Positions 55,742-64,000 of a DNA stretch of 64,000 nt are shown piece after piece; the stretch's first letter is position 1; every line of letters begins with the position of its first letter. The notes beneath the pieces are model-generated. The model saw only the letters and a list, made by a program, of their open reading frames with translations. It was not told the DNA's origin and did no database searches. Both the position numbers and the translations under genes were made by a program. Origin of the DNA: Coraliomargaritaceae bacterium (GTDB lineage Bacteria; Verrucomicrobiota; Verrucomicrobiia; Opitutales; Coraliomargaritaceae); the NCBI GenBank assembly GCA_965656495.1, contig CBFHKU010000002.1, positions 128,001-192,000 on the forward strand, read 5' to 3'.

Positions 55742-57013
55742 ATGAAATCACACCCTTACTTCGAAGGACACGCACTCAAGGACGGGAAGCTCTGGGTGAA
55801 CGGCGAGCACCGGTTCCTTAAAACCGGCAAACCACTGCGCGATTACGGCAATGCCGAACAAATTGAAGCGCTGATCGCAGATTTACCGATCATTGCCGAC
55901 AAGGGCTACAACAACATCGCAATCAACTGCTACTGGCATCACTTCAATCCCTCGGGTGACGGCGCGATTGAGATCTCCGTCGAACCACTCAAGAAGTTGA
56001 TAGCGGCAATCCGGGAACATGGCATCTATGTCAGTCTCTCAGTCGAAACCTATGGAGTCGGCGGCGGTCAAATTCCAGAAGGCTTTTGGAACAACCACCC
56101 GAAGGCGCTTGCGGTCAACCATCACGGCGAGTTCTCCTCCGACACCGAATACGGCTACGGCACTAAGGTGCCTTCCCTGTTCTACGGAGCCTATCTAACT
56201 GCATCACGCGCTTACATGACAAACCTTGTCGCGGCGCTTGGAGCAGAAAACTTCCTCTACTTTGAAACCACCGTTGAGCCTCAATTCATGGGGGCACAAT
56301 GGCTGGATTATAGCGAAGCGGCTAAAAAAGCATACACCGAATGGCTTAAAAACAACGGCGATGCGGACTCCCAACCCTTTCCCGAGACCTTCCCCGCCAG
56401 CGAAGCATTTCGCACCAGCAAGTCTTGGAATACCTTCCGTGCCCAAGCACTCGCGGGCTGGATCAATGGCGACGCTCAAGCACTGCGCAAAGGCTCGAGT
56501 CACCCAGAAATTTGGATCGCAAGCGACTATCTCGACGCCGAAGACTTTACACTGCAACAGCGCTGCGGCGACCCGCTCGAGCTTCTGCGCAACATGACTG
56601 AGACCGATATCATCCAAGTCAACTGGGCATGGTGTAATATCGACCGCAAGCCCAACCAGAAGGCCTACGACCGCGTCATGCAAGTCATGCAAGAGACCGG
56701 ACGCGACTGGGTCGTGACTGAGCACATGACAATTAACGGCGCCGACTACTTTGAGAGCGATATGGACGGCCTACTGCGTAATACCTTGGAGAATGGCACT
56801 CACTTCGGCTGGGAGTTTGTTGATATTTGTGCCGACACCGATAGTCCGGACACCAAGCCAAATGATATTCTACCGGGTGACTTCAAGCCACAACATTTCT
56901 CTGTCTATAATGCCGATTGGAGCCCAAAACCGCCGATGAAGGTCGTCGAAGAAAACTGGGCTCAATGGATGGATATGGCAGTTGCCAGTAACGCCCCTAT
57001 AGTCGAAGCATAA
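55742..57013 (+). CDS. TIM-barrel glycoside hydrolase-like protein (GH42/GH35-like, clan A), cytoplasmic
   Basis: L.VNGE..F; DL..I...GYN.I....YWH..NP; VEP (candidate acid/base); DYSE.A...Y..WL; VTE (candidate nucleophile). Confidence 0.6.
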   Translation: MKSHPYFEGHALKDGKLWVNGEHRFLKTGKPLRDYGNAEQIEALIADLPIIADKGYNNIAINCYWHHFNPSGDGAIEISVEPLKKLIAAIREHGIYVSLSVETYGVGGGQIPEGFWNNHPKALAVNHHGEFSSDTEYGYGTKVPSLFYGAYLTASRAYMTNLVAALGAENFLYFETTVEPQFMGAQWLDYSEAAKKAYTEWLKNNGDADSQPFPETFPASEAFRTSKSWNTFRAQALAGWINGDAQALRKGSSHPEIWIASDYLDAEDFTLQQRCGDPLELLRNMTETDIIQVNWAWCNIDRKPNQKAYDRVMQVMQETGRDWVVTEHMTINGADYFESDMDGLLRNTLENGTHFGWEFVDICADTDSPDTKPNDILPGDFKPQHFSVYNADWSPKPPMKVVEENWAQWMDMAVASNAPIVEA

Positions 57014-57032
57014 TTTTATAAACCAACATCCC

Positions 57033-58349
57033 ATGAAACAAACCTTCCAAAGACTTACGGCAGGTGCGATCTATGCTCTACTCGGCAGCCTTGGCACAAC
57101 TGGCTGCGCAACGAACGAGCAAACTAAAGCTCAACCCGTGCCGACTGCCAATGGCATCACCGGTAAAGTGTTTGCCGGTTACCAAGGCTGGTATCGCACG
57201 CCGACCGATGGCTCAGGGCTTGGTTGGGAGCACTACGAAACTTATGACGAAGACTTCACTCCTGGTGAAGCTGGCATCGATTTTTGGCCGGACGAAAGCG
57301 AACTAACAGAAGCCGAAAAATATGTCACTGAATTCAAGCACGCGGACGGCAGCCCGGCATATGTATTCACCTCAGAAAATGCGACAACAGTTGACCGCCA
57401 CTTTAAGTGGATGAAAAACTATGGTATCGATGGCGTCTTCCTACAGCGCTTCGCCCACGATGTACTCGAGGGCGGGCACCACCAGTGGAGGCTACTGCAA
57501 CCCTCCAACAATAAGATCGCTGCGTATGTGCAGCAGGGCGCTCAGGCACACGACCGTGCTTACTCAATCATGTATGACTTCTCCAGTATTCGCCATGGCG
57601 AGATGCACCTGATAATGGATGATTGGCGAGGCCTTTGCGATCGCCTTGGCCTGCTGGAAGATCCGAACTATCTGCATGAAAATGGCAAACCACTGGTTGC
57701 GATCTGGGGTGTCGGTTTTTCAGACGGACGCAAATATACCTTGGATGAAGTCGCGACCTTTATCGACTTCCTCAAGAACGACCCGGAATACGGCGGCTGC
57801 AGCGTGATGCTTGGCGTGCCTACCTACTGGCGCGAACTAACCAGAGACGCGGTCAGCGACCCAAAACTCCACGACCTAATCCGCAGCGCCGACGTCGTGC
57901 TACCCTGGACCGTGGGTCGTTTCGGTGGTTCGCAAGCGGCACTCAAGCGTGGTGCCGATTACGTCGCACCCGACCAAGCATGGTGCGATGCCAATGGCGT
58001 AAAATACATGCCCCTCGCCTTCCCTGGCTTCAGTTGGGCCAATCGAAAAATCAAGCAAAACCCGAATGTGAAGTTTAACCATATCCCACGTGAAGACGGC
58101 CTTTTTATGTGGTCGCAAGCAATCGCCGCCAAGCGTGCAGGCGCTGAAACCCTTTACCTCGCTATGTTCGATGAGATGGATGAAGGCACACAGATTTTCA
58201 AAGTCAGCAACAACCCACCGGTCGGTGAAACCCGGTTTCTGACTTATGAACCACACGCGCCTGATTATTACCTACGCCTAAGCGGTGCGATTGGCCGCCT
58301 GCTTCGTGACGAAATTCCAGCCACCAATACCCTGCCTAAACAATTTTAA
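57033..58349 (+). CDS. GH71/GH99-like lipoprotein glycoside hydrolase
   Basis: Lipobox-like TTGC; GYQGWY..P.DG; HFKWM..YGIDGVFLQRF; PWTVGR; FPGFSW.N; YLAMFDEMDEGT. Confidence 0.82.
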   Translation: MKQTFQRLTAGAIYALLGSLGTTGCATNEQTKAQPVPTANGITGKVFAGYQGWYRTPTDGSGLGWEHYETYDEDFTPGEAGIDFWPDESELTEAEKYVTEFKHADGSPAYVFTSENATTVDRHFKWMKNYGIDGVFLQRFAHDVLEGGHHQWRLLQPSNNKIAAYVQQGAQAHDRAYSIMYDFSSIRHGEMHLIMDDWRGLCDRLGLLEDPNYLHENGKPLVAIWGVGFSDGRKYTLDEVATFIDFLKNDPEYGGCSVMLGVPTYWRELTRDAVSDPKLHDLIRSADVVLPWTVGRFGGSQAALKRGADYVAPDQAWCDANGVKYMPLAFPGFSWANRKIKQNPNVKFNHIPREDGLFMWSQAIAAKRAGAETLYLAMFDEMDEGTQIFKVSNNPPVGETRFLTYEPHAPDYYLRLSGAIGRLLRDEIPATNTLPKQF

Positions 58350-58393
58350 CCCCAAAAGGCACATAAGCAGTCTATTGCTTCGCCAACTACGCT

Positions 58394-60409
58394 ATGTCCG
58401 CACTCAGTTCAATCGACATCACAATTATCGTTGCCTACCTCTTCCTTACGATGGCGGTCGGTCTCTACATGACAAAACAGGCCTCCAAGAGCCTCGATCA
58501 CTACTTCCTCGGAGGTCGCTCACTACCCTGGTATTTCCTTGGTATGGCTGGCATGGCTATGTGGTTTGATTTGACGGGCACCATGATCATCACTGCCTTC
58601 CTATACATGCTCGGGCCCAAGGGTTTGTTCGTAGAGTTTCGTGGTGGCGCCGTTCTAATTCTAGCCTTCTTGATCTGTTACACAGGCAAATGGCACCGAC
58701 GTTCGGGTTGTATGACCGGCGCGGAATGGATCGCTTACCGATTCGGCACAGGTGCCGAAGCAAAATGGATGCGTGTCTTTAAAGCGGCATCAACCTTCCT
58801 AATTACGATTGTGCTACTCGCCTATCTCGTCCGCGGAACCAGTCTTTTCGTCGGAATGTTCATCCCCTATTCGCCGATGGTCGTCACCGGCATCATCATG
58901 GGAGCCTGTGCCCTTTACACCATGATGGCGGGTTTTTACGGAGTTGTGCTAACCGACGTAGTGCAGGGCGCCATTGTTTTGATTTCCTGTATCATTGTCT
59001 CGGTCATGGCTTTCATGATGGTTCCTGACGTTGGCTTCATCGCGGATCTGGCTCAGCAAGTGACCGGTAACACCACCTGGACCGAGAGTATGCCCAAGTG
59101 GCAAACCGAGATGCCGCCAGGCTACGGCGATTATGAGTTCCTCATCTTTATCGCCTTCTTCTATCTATTACGCAACGTCCTCTACGGCCCGGGCACAGGT
59201 GACGAGAACCGCTATTTTGGCGCAAAAAGCGATCGTGACTGCGGTCTGCAGTCCATGCTCCAAGGCGTCACGGTGGCCTTCCGCTGGCCCATGATGATGG
59301 GCTTTGCGGTCATGGGCTTGTTCCTTGTCAGCAATCTATTCCCCGACATGAGCAAAACGGTGGATGCGGTCCAAGCGATCAAGCAATACCACCCCGAGAT
59401 CGTTGAAACCAAGGGCATGTGGAACGAGTTGACCACCAGTATCGTCAACGCCCCCGAGAAGCAAGACCCAGCCCTTATCCAAAGCCTCGAAACATCCCTG
59501 GGCGAAGACTGGAGAAATCGTCTGGTTGTGATTGCCTTTGAAGGCGGGGTCAATCCGGAGCAAATCCTTCCTGCCGTCCTACTCAACAGCATTCCAACTG
59601 GTCTCAAGGGCTTGCTAATGGTCGCGATGCTCGCGGCTATGATGTCGACCCTTACAGGTGAAGTGAATAAGACATCCGCTCAATTCGTTAAGGATATCTA
59701 CAAAGCTTCACTCCGCAAAACCGCCGGGAATAAGGAACTGATCGCAGCCGCTTACGTCTCCTCTGCTTTCATTGTGGTCGCATCCTTCGTGATCGGCATC
59801 TACGCCGAAAGTATCGACGAAATTTGGAAGTGGTTCCTCATGGGCCTCACTGCAGGCTCGATCGGTCCTTACGTTCTGCGTCTCTACTGGTGGCGTTGTA
59901 ATGCCTGGGGCCAAATTGGCGGCACCGTGATCGGTGGCGTCTCCGCAATCGTTCAGTATGCTATCTGGCCGGACCTGGACCAAGTGCCCCTGTTCATCAT
60001 CATGACAAGCATCTCAGTGATCGGGACCGTAGGTCTATCCTACCTGACCCCAGCGACACCCATGCCGATCCTGTTGAATTTCTACAAAACGACCCGCCCA
60101 TTCGGATGGTGGGGACCCCTGAAGAAACAAATGGATCCAGAAGAATATAAGCTCTGGGCCAAGGAACACCGCGTCGATATCATCTCAGTACCGTTTGTGA
60201 TGCTCGCGCAGATTACAATCTTCCTCCTGCCGATGCAGTTGATCATTAAGGCTTACAGCTCCTTCTTCATCACACTCCCAATCTTCCTAGTGTCTGCCGC
60301 AGGCGTTTACTGGTTCTGGTGGCGTAACCTGCCAACCAAGGACAACCCAGGCACCGATCGAGCCGACCCAATGGCGGGCGTGCGCGAACTAGAGCAAGCG
60401 GAGACTTAG
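58394..60409 (+). CDS. Sodium:solute symporter (SSS family)
   Basis: D..II..YL...VGL; YFLGGRSLPW; GFYGVVLTD.VQG; P.GLKGL....MLAAMMST; many TM helices. Confidence 0.9.
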   Translation: MSALSSIDITIIVAYLFLTMAVGLYMTKQASKSLDHYFLGGRSLPWYFLGMAGMAMWFDLTGTMIITAFLYMLGPKGLFVEFRGGAVLILAFLICYTGKWHRRSGCMTGAEWIAYRFGTGAEAKWMRVFKAASTFLITIVLLAYLVRGTSLFVGMFIPYSPMVVTGIIMGACALYTMMAGFYGVVLTDVVQGAIVLISCIIVSVMAFMMVPDVGFIADLAQQVTGNTTWTESMPKWQTEMPPGYGDYEFLIFIAFFYLLRNVLYGPGTGDENRYFGAKSDRDCGLQSMLQGVTVAFRWPMMMGFAVMGLFLVSNLFPDMSKTVDAVQAIKQYHPEIVETKGMWNELTTSIVNAPEKQDPALIQSLETSLGEDWRNRLVVIAFEGGVNPEQILPAVLLNSIPTGLKGLLMVAMLAAMMSTLTGEVNKTSAQFVKDIYKASLRKTAGNKELIAAAYVSSAFIVVASFVIGIYAESIDEIWKWFLMGLTAGSIGPYVLRLYWWRCNAWGQIGGTVIGGVSAIVQYAIWPDLDQVPLFIIMTSISVIGTVGLSYLTPATPMPILLNFYKTTRPFGWWGPLKKQMDPEEYKLWAKEHRVDIISVPFVMLAQITIFLLPMQLIIKAYSSFFITLPIFLVSAAGVYWFWWRNLPTKDNPGTDRADPMAGVRELEQAET

Positions 60410-60453
60410 ATCCGCCCAAAAAATCAAGGACTTACACCGCTGATGCGGTAACC

Positions 60454-60495
60454 AGCCCTCCCCCTTTGCTTGCCAAAGCGACCGGAGGGCTTTTT
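60454..60495 (+). terminator. Rho-independent terminator
   Basis: AGCCCTCC...GGAGGGCT followed by TTTT, 45 bp after the SSS stop. Confidence 0.65.
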
Positions 60496-60632
60496 ACCTG
60501 TCCTACCAAGCTGTGAATTTTCCAGCTAAACTGACTTATCGGCAGGGTAGCATGTCCTCATGCAGGCGAAAGACTTCCCAAGCATTCTACAAGTAAAAGT
60601 CGCAGCCTGTTATAATTGGCAGCCAGGCTCAA

Positions 60633-62204
60633 TTAATCAGTAAACTCACCAAAGGGACGCGCTTCGAATTGCTTCAACTCTTGAGCCAAAGCCTGCTGCG
60701 CACGCGCTGCAGCTTCTGGATTCATGCGGAAGACATTGTCGTGCTCCTCTGGGTCGCTTTTTAAGCGATAGAGCTGATTTGCCTCAAAATAATGCGGGTT
60801 CGCTTGCGAAGCATAGTGGCCTAAATGGCCATTCCGTGTGAGGTATGGCATGTCCATCGGCTCACCATCGAAGCCCCTAAACTTCTTACCCGCATCAATC
60901 TGGCGCTGAACCTTCTCTGGATAACGCACTGCGATGTATTTCCAGTCCTTCGTCTTAATACCGCGCGAGTGCCCTATTTCTGTCATCAGCACGCTACGCA
61001 CTGGTTCCTGACTGCCAAACAAAGCAGGCTTGAAGGAAACGCCGTCAATTTGGTAATCAGACGGGATCTGAGCTCCAATTAAATCAAGTAGAGTCGGCGC
61101 AAAGTCCACATTTGCCACAATCTCGTCGTAGCGCGATCCCGGCTGAATCTTACCCTTCCATAGCATCAGCATCGGCACACGCATACCATAATCGTGTAAA
61201 GTCGCTTTGCCATGACGGTAGGAACCGTGGTCAGGCACAAACACGATCAAGGTATCTTCGGACAGGCCAAGTGCCTCAACCTTGTCGATAATGGCACCCA
61301 CTCCGTCATCCAACCACAAGGCGAAAGCCTTATTATCCTCATAACCGGCAGAACGATTGCGCGCGAGCACATCCTCACGCGAAGGCAAGACCTCGAAACC
61401 TTCTGCGACAAAGCCCTCACCTGTCATCCGTGGATCGGCTTCCAATGAGAACCTATTTGCCCATGGCGCAGGGCCATGATGCAGGGTCGTCGAGAAGTAG
61501 AGAAAGAAGGGCTCGTCCCGATAGGCATCCAGGAAGTCGAAGGCCTTCGCGACGGTCCAGTCGAGGTTATGCACGTTTAGCTCTTCATTGCGGAGCTCCT
61601 TCAAGTTTGCCGCGTAGAATCCATCAACAAAATCAAAACCAAAGGGCTTCATCGCCTCACACCATTTCTCGTGGTTGCGACGCATTTTACCGTTCACCTC
61701 CGGATCACGCGGGTCGGCATTTTTATCGTAAGTTTCAAAGCCATTCGATTTCCAATCGCCCTTGATCCACTCATGATGAATCAAGTGGCTCTTACCAACA
61801 AACCCAGTCTTGTAGCCATTCTTCTGCAAGACGCGTGGCAAGTTCCAGAGGTCTTCCTCCAACTCACCGATATTTTCCACCTGCGTTTGGTCGCCCAGCG
61901 GGTGCTCCTTCATGAAGATCGGTCCACGGCAATTACCCGCATAACGCCCAGTTAGAAAGCTGTATCGCGAGGGCGAACAGACTGTCGAAGTCACATTAAA
62001 ATCAGTCAGGTAAAGTCCATCCGCTGCCATCCCATCAATACGGGGCGTGTGTACCTTGCCTCCCATAAAACCAAGCGAGTCCCAACTCTGATCGTCGGTG
62101 ATGATAAGAATAACATTGGGCGTCTTAGTAGCCATCAATGACTGCGTCAAAAAGAACACAGACAGGATCGCTAGCAATCGAAGTGGTTTCTCAAAAAGTA
62201 TCAT
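60633..62204 (-). CDS. S1 sulfatase
   Basis: PNVILIITDD; CSPSRYSFLTG; GKSH; HNLDWT; RPFGEF; same subfamily as 9168 and 46641. Confidence 0.92.
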   Translation of the reverse strand: MILFEKPLRLLAILSVFFLTQSLMATKTPNVILIITDDQSWDSLGFMGGKVHTPRIDGMAADGLYLTDFNVTSTVCSPSRYSFLTGRYAGNCRGPIFMKEHPLGDQTQVENIGELEEDLWNLPRVLQKNGYKTGFVGKSHLIHHEWIKGDWKSNGFETYDKNADPRDPEVNGKMRRNHEKWCEAMKPFGFDFVDGFYAANLKELRNEELNVHNLDWTVAKAFDFLDAYRDEPFFLYFSTTLHHGPAPWANRFSLEADPRMTGEGFVAEGFEVLPSREDVLARNRSAGYEDNKAFALWLDDGVGAIIDKVEALGLSEDTLIVFVPDHGSYRHGKATLHDYGMRVPMLMLWKGKIQPGSRYDEIVANVDFAPTLLDLIGAQIPSDYQIDGVSFKPALFGSQEPVRSVLMTEIGHSRGIKTKDWKYIAVRYPEKVQRQIDAGKKFRGFDGEPMDMPYLTRNGHLGHYASQANPHYFEANQLYRLKSDPEEHDNVFRMNPEAAARAQQALAQELKQFEARPFGEFTD

Positions 62205-62314
62205 GCTAAATTATCAGTGAAAGGTGTGAGCGGCTGGTATCATCTCGCGGCAGTAATGAAGATGTGATGACTACCCCAGAAACTGCGCGAACAAACCAGC
62301 TCACACAAAATAGT

Positions 62315-63817
62315 TTATTTCTCTTTGAGCTCCCAACGATATGTTTCCCCATCCACAACCAGCCTGAGCTGATTCACGGCCAAGCCGGGTTCAGCAAAGG
62401 TCTCAGGTGCCTCCGACGCAAGCTTCGCTATAATGGTATCAAACTCCGGGTTGCTCGCCAAGTTAGTCCACTCGTTCGGGTCTTTGCGCACATCGTAGAG
62501 TTCTTCAGTGCCATCCGCGTAGCGGATATAGCGCCAATCCTGATTCATGATGGCATACTCGTTCGGCTTCATACCCGACAAAAGAACGCTGCGGTCTTGA
62601 GCCGACGACGGCTGTTTTAAGACATCCACAACCGACACGCCGTCCAGCCCCGAATCATGCGGGATCGAACAGAGTTCAAGCAGGGTCGGATACATATCGA
62701 TCAAGCTAGCCGACGCATCGACACTTTCACCATGCGCAATGCCCGGCCCCGCCCACATAAATGGCACATTCGAAGTGCGCTCCCAAAGCGTGTGCTTGCC
62801 CCAATCAAATTTCTCACCGTGGTGATAGCCGTGGTCACTCCAGAGCACGAGGATGGTGTTCTGCGAATTTGGCCCTTCTGCCAGTGCGTCCAACACTCGA
62901 CCAAGCATCGCATCGGCATAAGAAACACAAGCGAGATAGCCGAGGATTGCATCCTCGATCGCATCCAATTTCTCTAAACGACGATGGTGTGCGCTACGGC
63001 CCGTCTTGGCTTTCCTCACTTTATCAGGTAGGTCTTCGAGGTCGCTCTCGAGATAAGGCGGCAACTCAATCTTTTCGCGGTCATACAGATCAAAATACTT
63101 CTTCGGCGCGTAATTAGGAAAGTGCGGCGTGTAGAGACCAACCGCCAGAAAGAACGGTTGATCATGCCTCTGCTTCAAAATCTCGCAGGCCCAATTCGTG
63201 CGCATCGTGTCGGCCATCTTTTCTTCGTTCTCATTCAGAACAGGCCCCCATTCGAGGAAGAACTGGTTGGCCGGTTTGCGGTCGTGATTAAAAATACTGG
63301 CAGGATACGGATCCGGAAGGATTGGGTCGTCCAAGGTCCAACTGTCCAATGCCCAGCCATTCTGACGCTGCTCCTCGCTGCGCAGATAGAAGGCATCCCA
63401 ACCACGTTGATCGATAAAGCCCTTCGGGTGATGAAAGAGCTTGCCCGCACCATAGGTCAGGTAGCCTGCCTTCTGAAAGGCAAGCTGCAGTGGCGTCACC
63501 TCGGGTAAATTATGATAATAGACCTGCCCCGTGTAACAACCGGTGGTGCTGGCATGGCGACCCGTAAAGATCGCACTGCGCGACGGCGCACAATAAGAAC
63601 CGGCGGTGTGCGCGTTCTGGAACGTCACGCCAAGTTTAGCGAGGCGATCCATGTTCGGCGTAATTGCCTGTGAGTAGCCCATCGGATTGATCCAGTCGTT
63701 CAAATCATCGAGCGCAAAAAAGATCACGTTCGGACGTTCTTTCGCTGCTTCCATACAGAGCGTCGCGAGCAAAGCGACGCCAGCCATAGACAGGCGTTTG
63801 GGAAGATGTCTTTTCAT
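62315..63817 (-). CDS. S1 sulfatase (iduronate-2-sulfatase/choline-sulfatase-like)
   Basis: PNVIFFALDDLNDW; CAPSRSAIFTG; GKLFH; PFFLAVG...PH; WSDHGYHHGEK..WGKHTLWE. Confidence 0.92.
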   Translation of the reverse strand: MKRHLPKRLSMAGVALLATLCMEAAKERPNVIFFALDDLNDWINPMGYSQAITPNMDRLAKLGVTFQNAHTAGSYCAPSRSAIFTGRHASTTGCYTGQVYYHNLPEVTPLQLAFQKAGYLTYGAGKLFHHPKGFIDQRGWDAFYLRSEEQRQNGWALDSWTLDDPILPDPYPASIFNHDRKPANQFFLEWGPVLNENEEKMADTMRTNWACEILKQRHDQPFFLAVGLYTPHFPNYAPKKYFDLYDREKIELPPYLESDLEDLPDKVRKAKTGRSAHHRRLEKLDAIEDAILGYLACVSYADAMLGRVLDALAEGPNSQNTILVLWSDHGYHHGEKFDWGKHTLWERTSNVPFMWAGPGIAHGESVDASASLIDMYPTLLELCSIPHDSGLDGVSVVDVLKQPSSAQDRSVLLSGMKPNEYAIMNQDWRYIRYADGTEELYDVRKDPNEWTNLASNPEFDTIIAKLASEAPETFAEPGLAVNQLRLVVDGETYRWELKEK

Positions 63818-63842
63818 TGATTTGGGGGTTCGAATAAGGTCT

Positions 63843-64000
63843 TTAGCGGGTAATCAATGCCCATGCCTCACGATACAAGTCAGCGGCGTCTTTCCATTCA
63901 ATGCTCCTGCCCTCAAAGTCACCCAGACTTTCGCCAAAAGCCGATAGCCACAGATCTTCTCGGAACAAGTGCAGTTGATCCGGCTGGATCGATCCATGAC
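63843..64000 (-). CDS. 3' end of an unidentified gene running in from beyond the window
   Basis: Open frame ...HGSIQPDQLHLFREDLW...EAWALITR*, stopping 25 bp before the next ATG. A second frame is also open here, so the frame is uncertain. Confidence 0.4.
   Translation of the reverse strand, partial: HGSIQPDQLHLFREDLWLSAFGESLGDFEGRSIEWKDAADLYREAWALITR

Noticed and set aside
63855..63985. Possible frameshifted SGNH-esterase end (PDQLHL / SEK..GYRLLAKVW in adjacent frames)
   Set aside because: Too little sequence at the window edge, and the unshifted frame has coding-like codon usage.
1..64000. rRNA, tRNA, transposase, integrase, prophage or defence genes
   Set aside because: None recognised. 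Long ORFs are accounted for, and I saw no cloverleaf or rRNA signatures in the intergenic gaps by eye.

Overview
A 64 kb carbohydrate-degradation region, most likely from a marine Verrucomicrobiota genome (Opitutia, Coraliomargarita/Lentimonas-like). This taxonomy is inferred from the PEP-CTERM tails, a Verru_Chthon-A-like protein and the sulfatase density. Layout: (i) <1-8594 (+): a large pseudopilin-cassette-type protein, a secreted partner, a Tat-exported Gfo/Idh/MocA oxidoreductase and a TonB-dependent receptor. (ii) 9168-48526 (-): a sulfated-polysaccharide locus with 12 S1 sulfatases, GH106, GH141-like and other beta-helix enzymes, DUF1080, a second Gfo/Idh/MocA, an esterase, two PEP-CTERM proteins, and a hybrid two-component system split into two ORFs. 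(iii) 48543-60409: a LacI-associated alpha-mannoside module (GH38, HAD, ManA, aldo-keto reductase, two glycoside hydrolases, SSS transporter). (iv) two more sulfatases. Main unannotated signal: eight minus-strand promoters share an exactly spaced architecture. It is a ~16-bp direct repeat (TTGKCGnAAAAnnCCA) with 21-bp period, ending in CCAAG, followed exactly 20 nt later by a (TGn)KAnnnT -10 box. This points to an AraC-type regulon, probably driven by the local split two-component system. A second motif, a LacI-type palindrome (AAACGTTT core), occurs four times and overlaps one of those promoters. Other observations: poly-lysine C-terminal tails on 9 of 14 sulfatases, a nested REP/MITE element, a signal peptide shared by two unrelated neighbouring enzymes, and several gene relics. 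No rRNA, tRNA, CRISPR array or transposase was seen. All family calls are from motif recognition by eye, not database searches.
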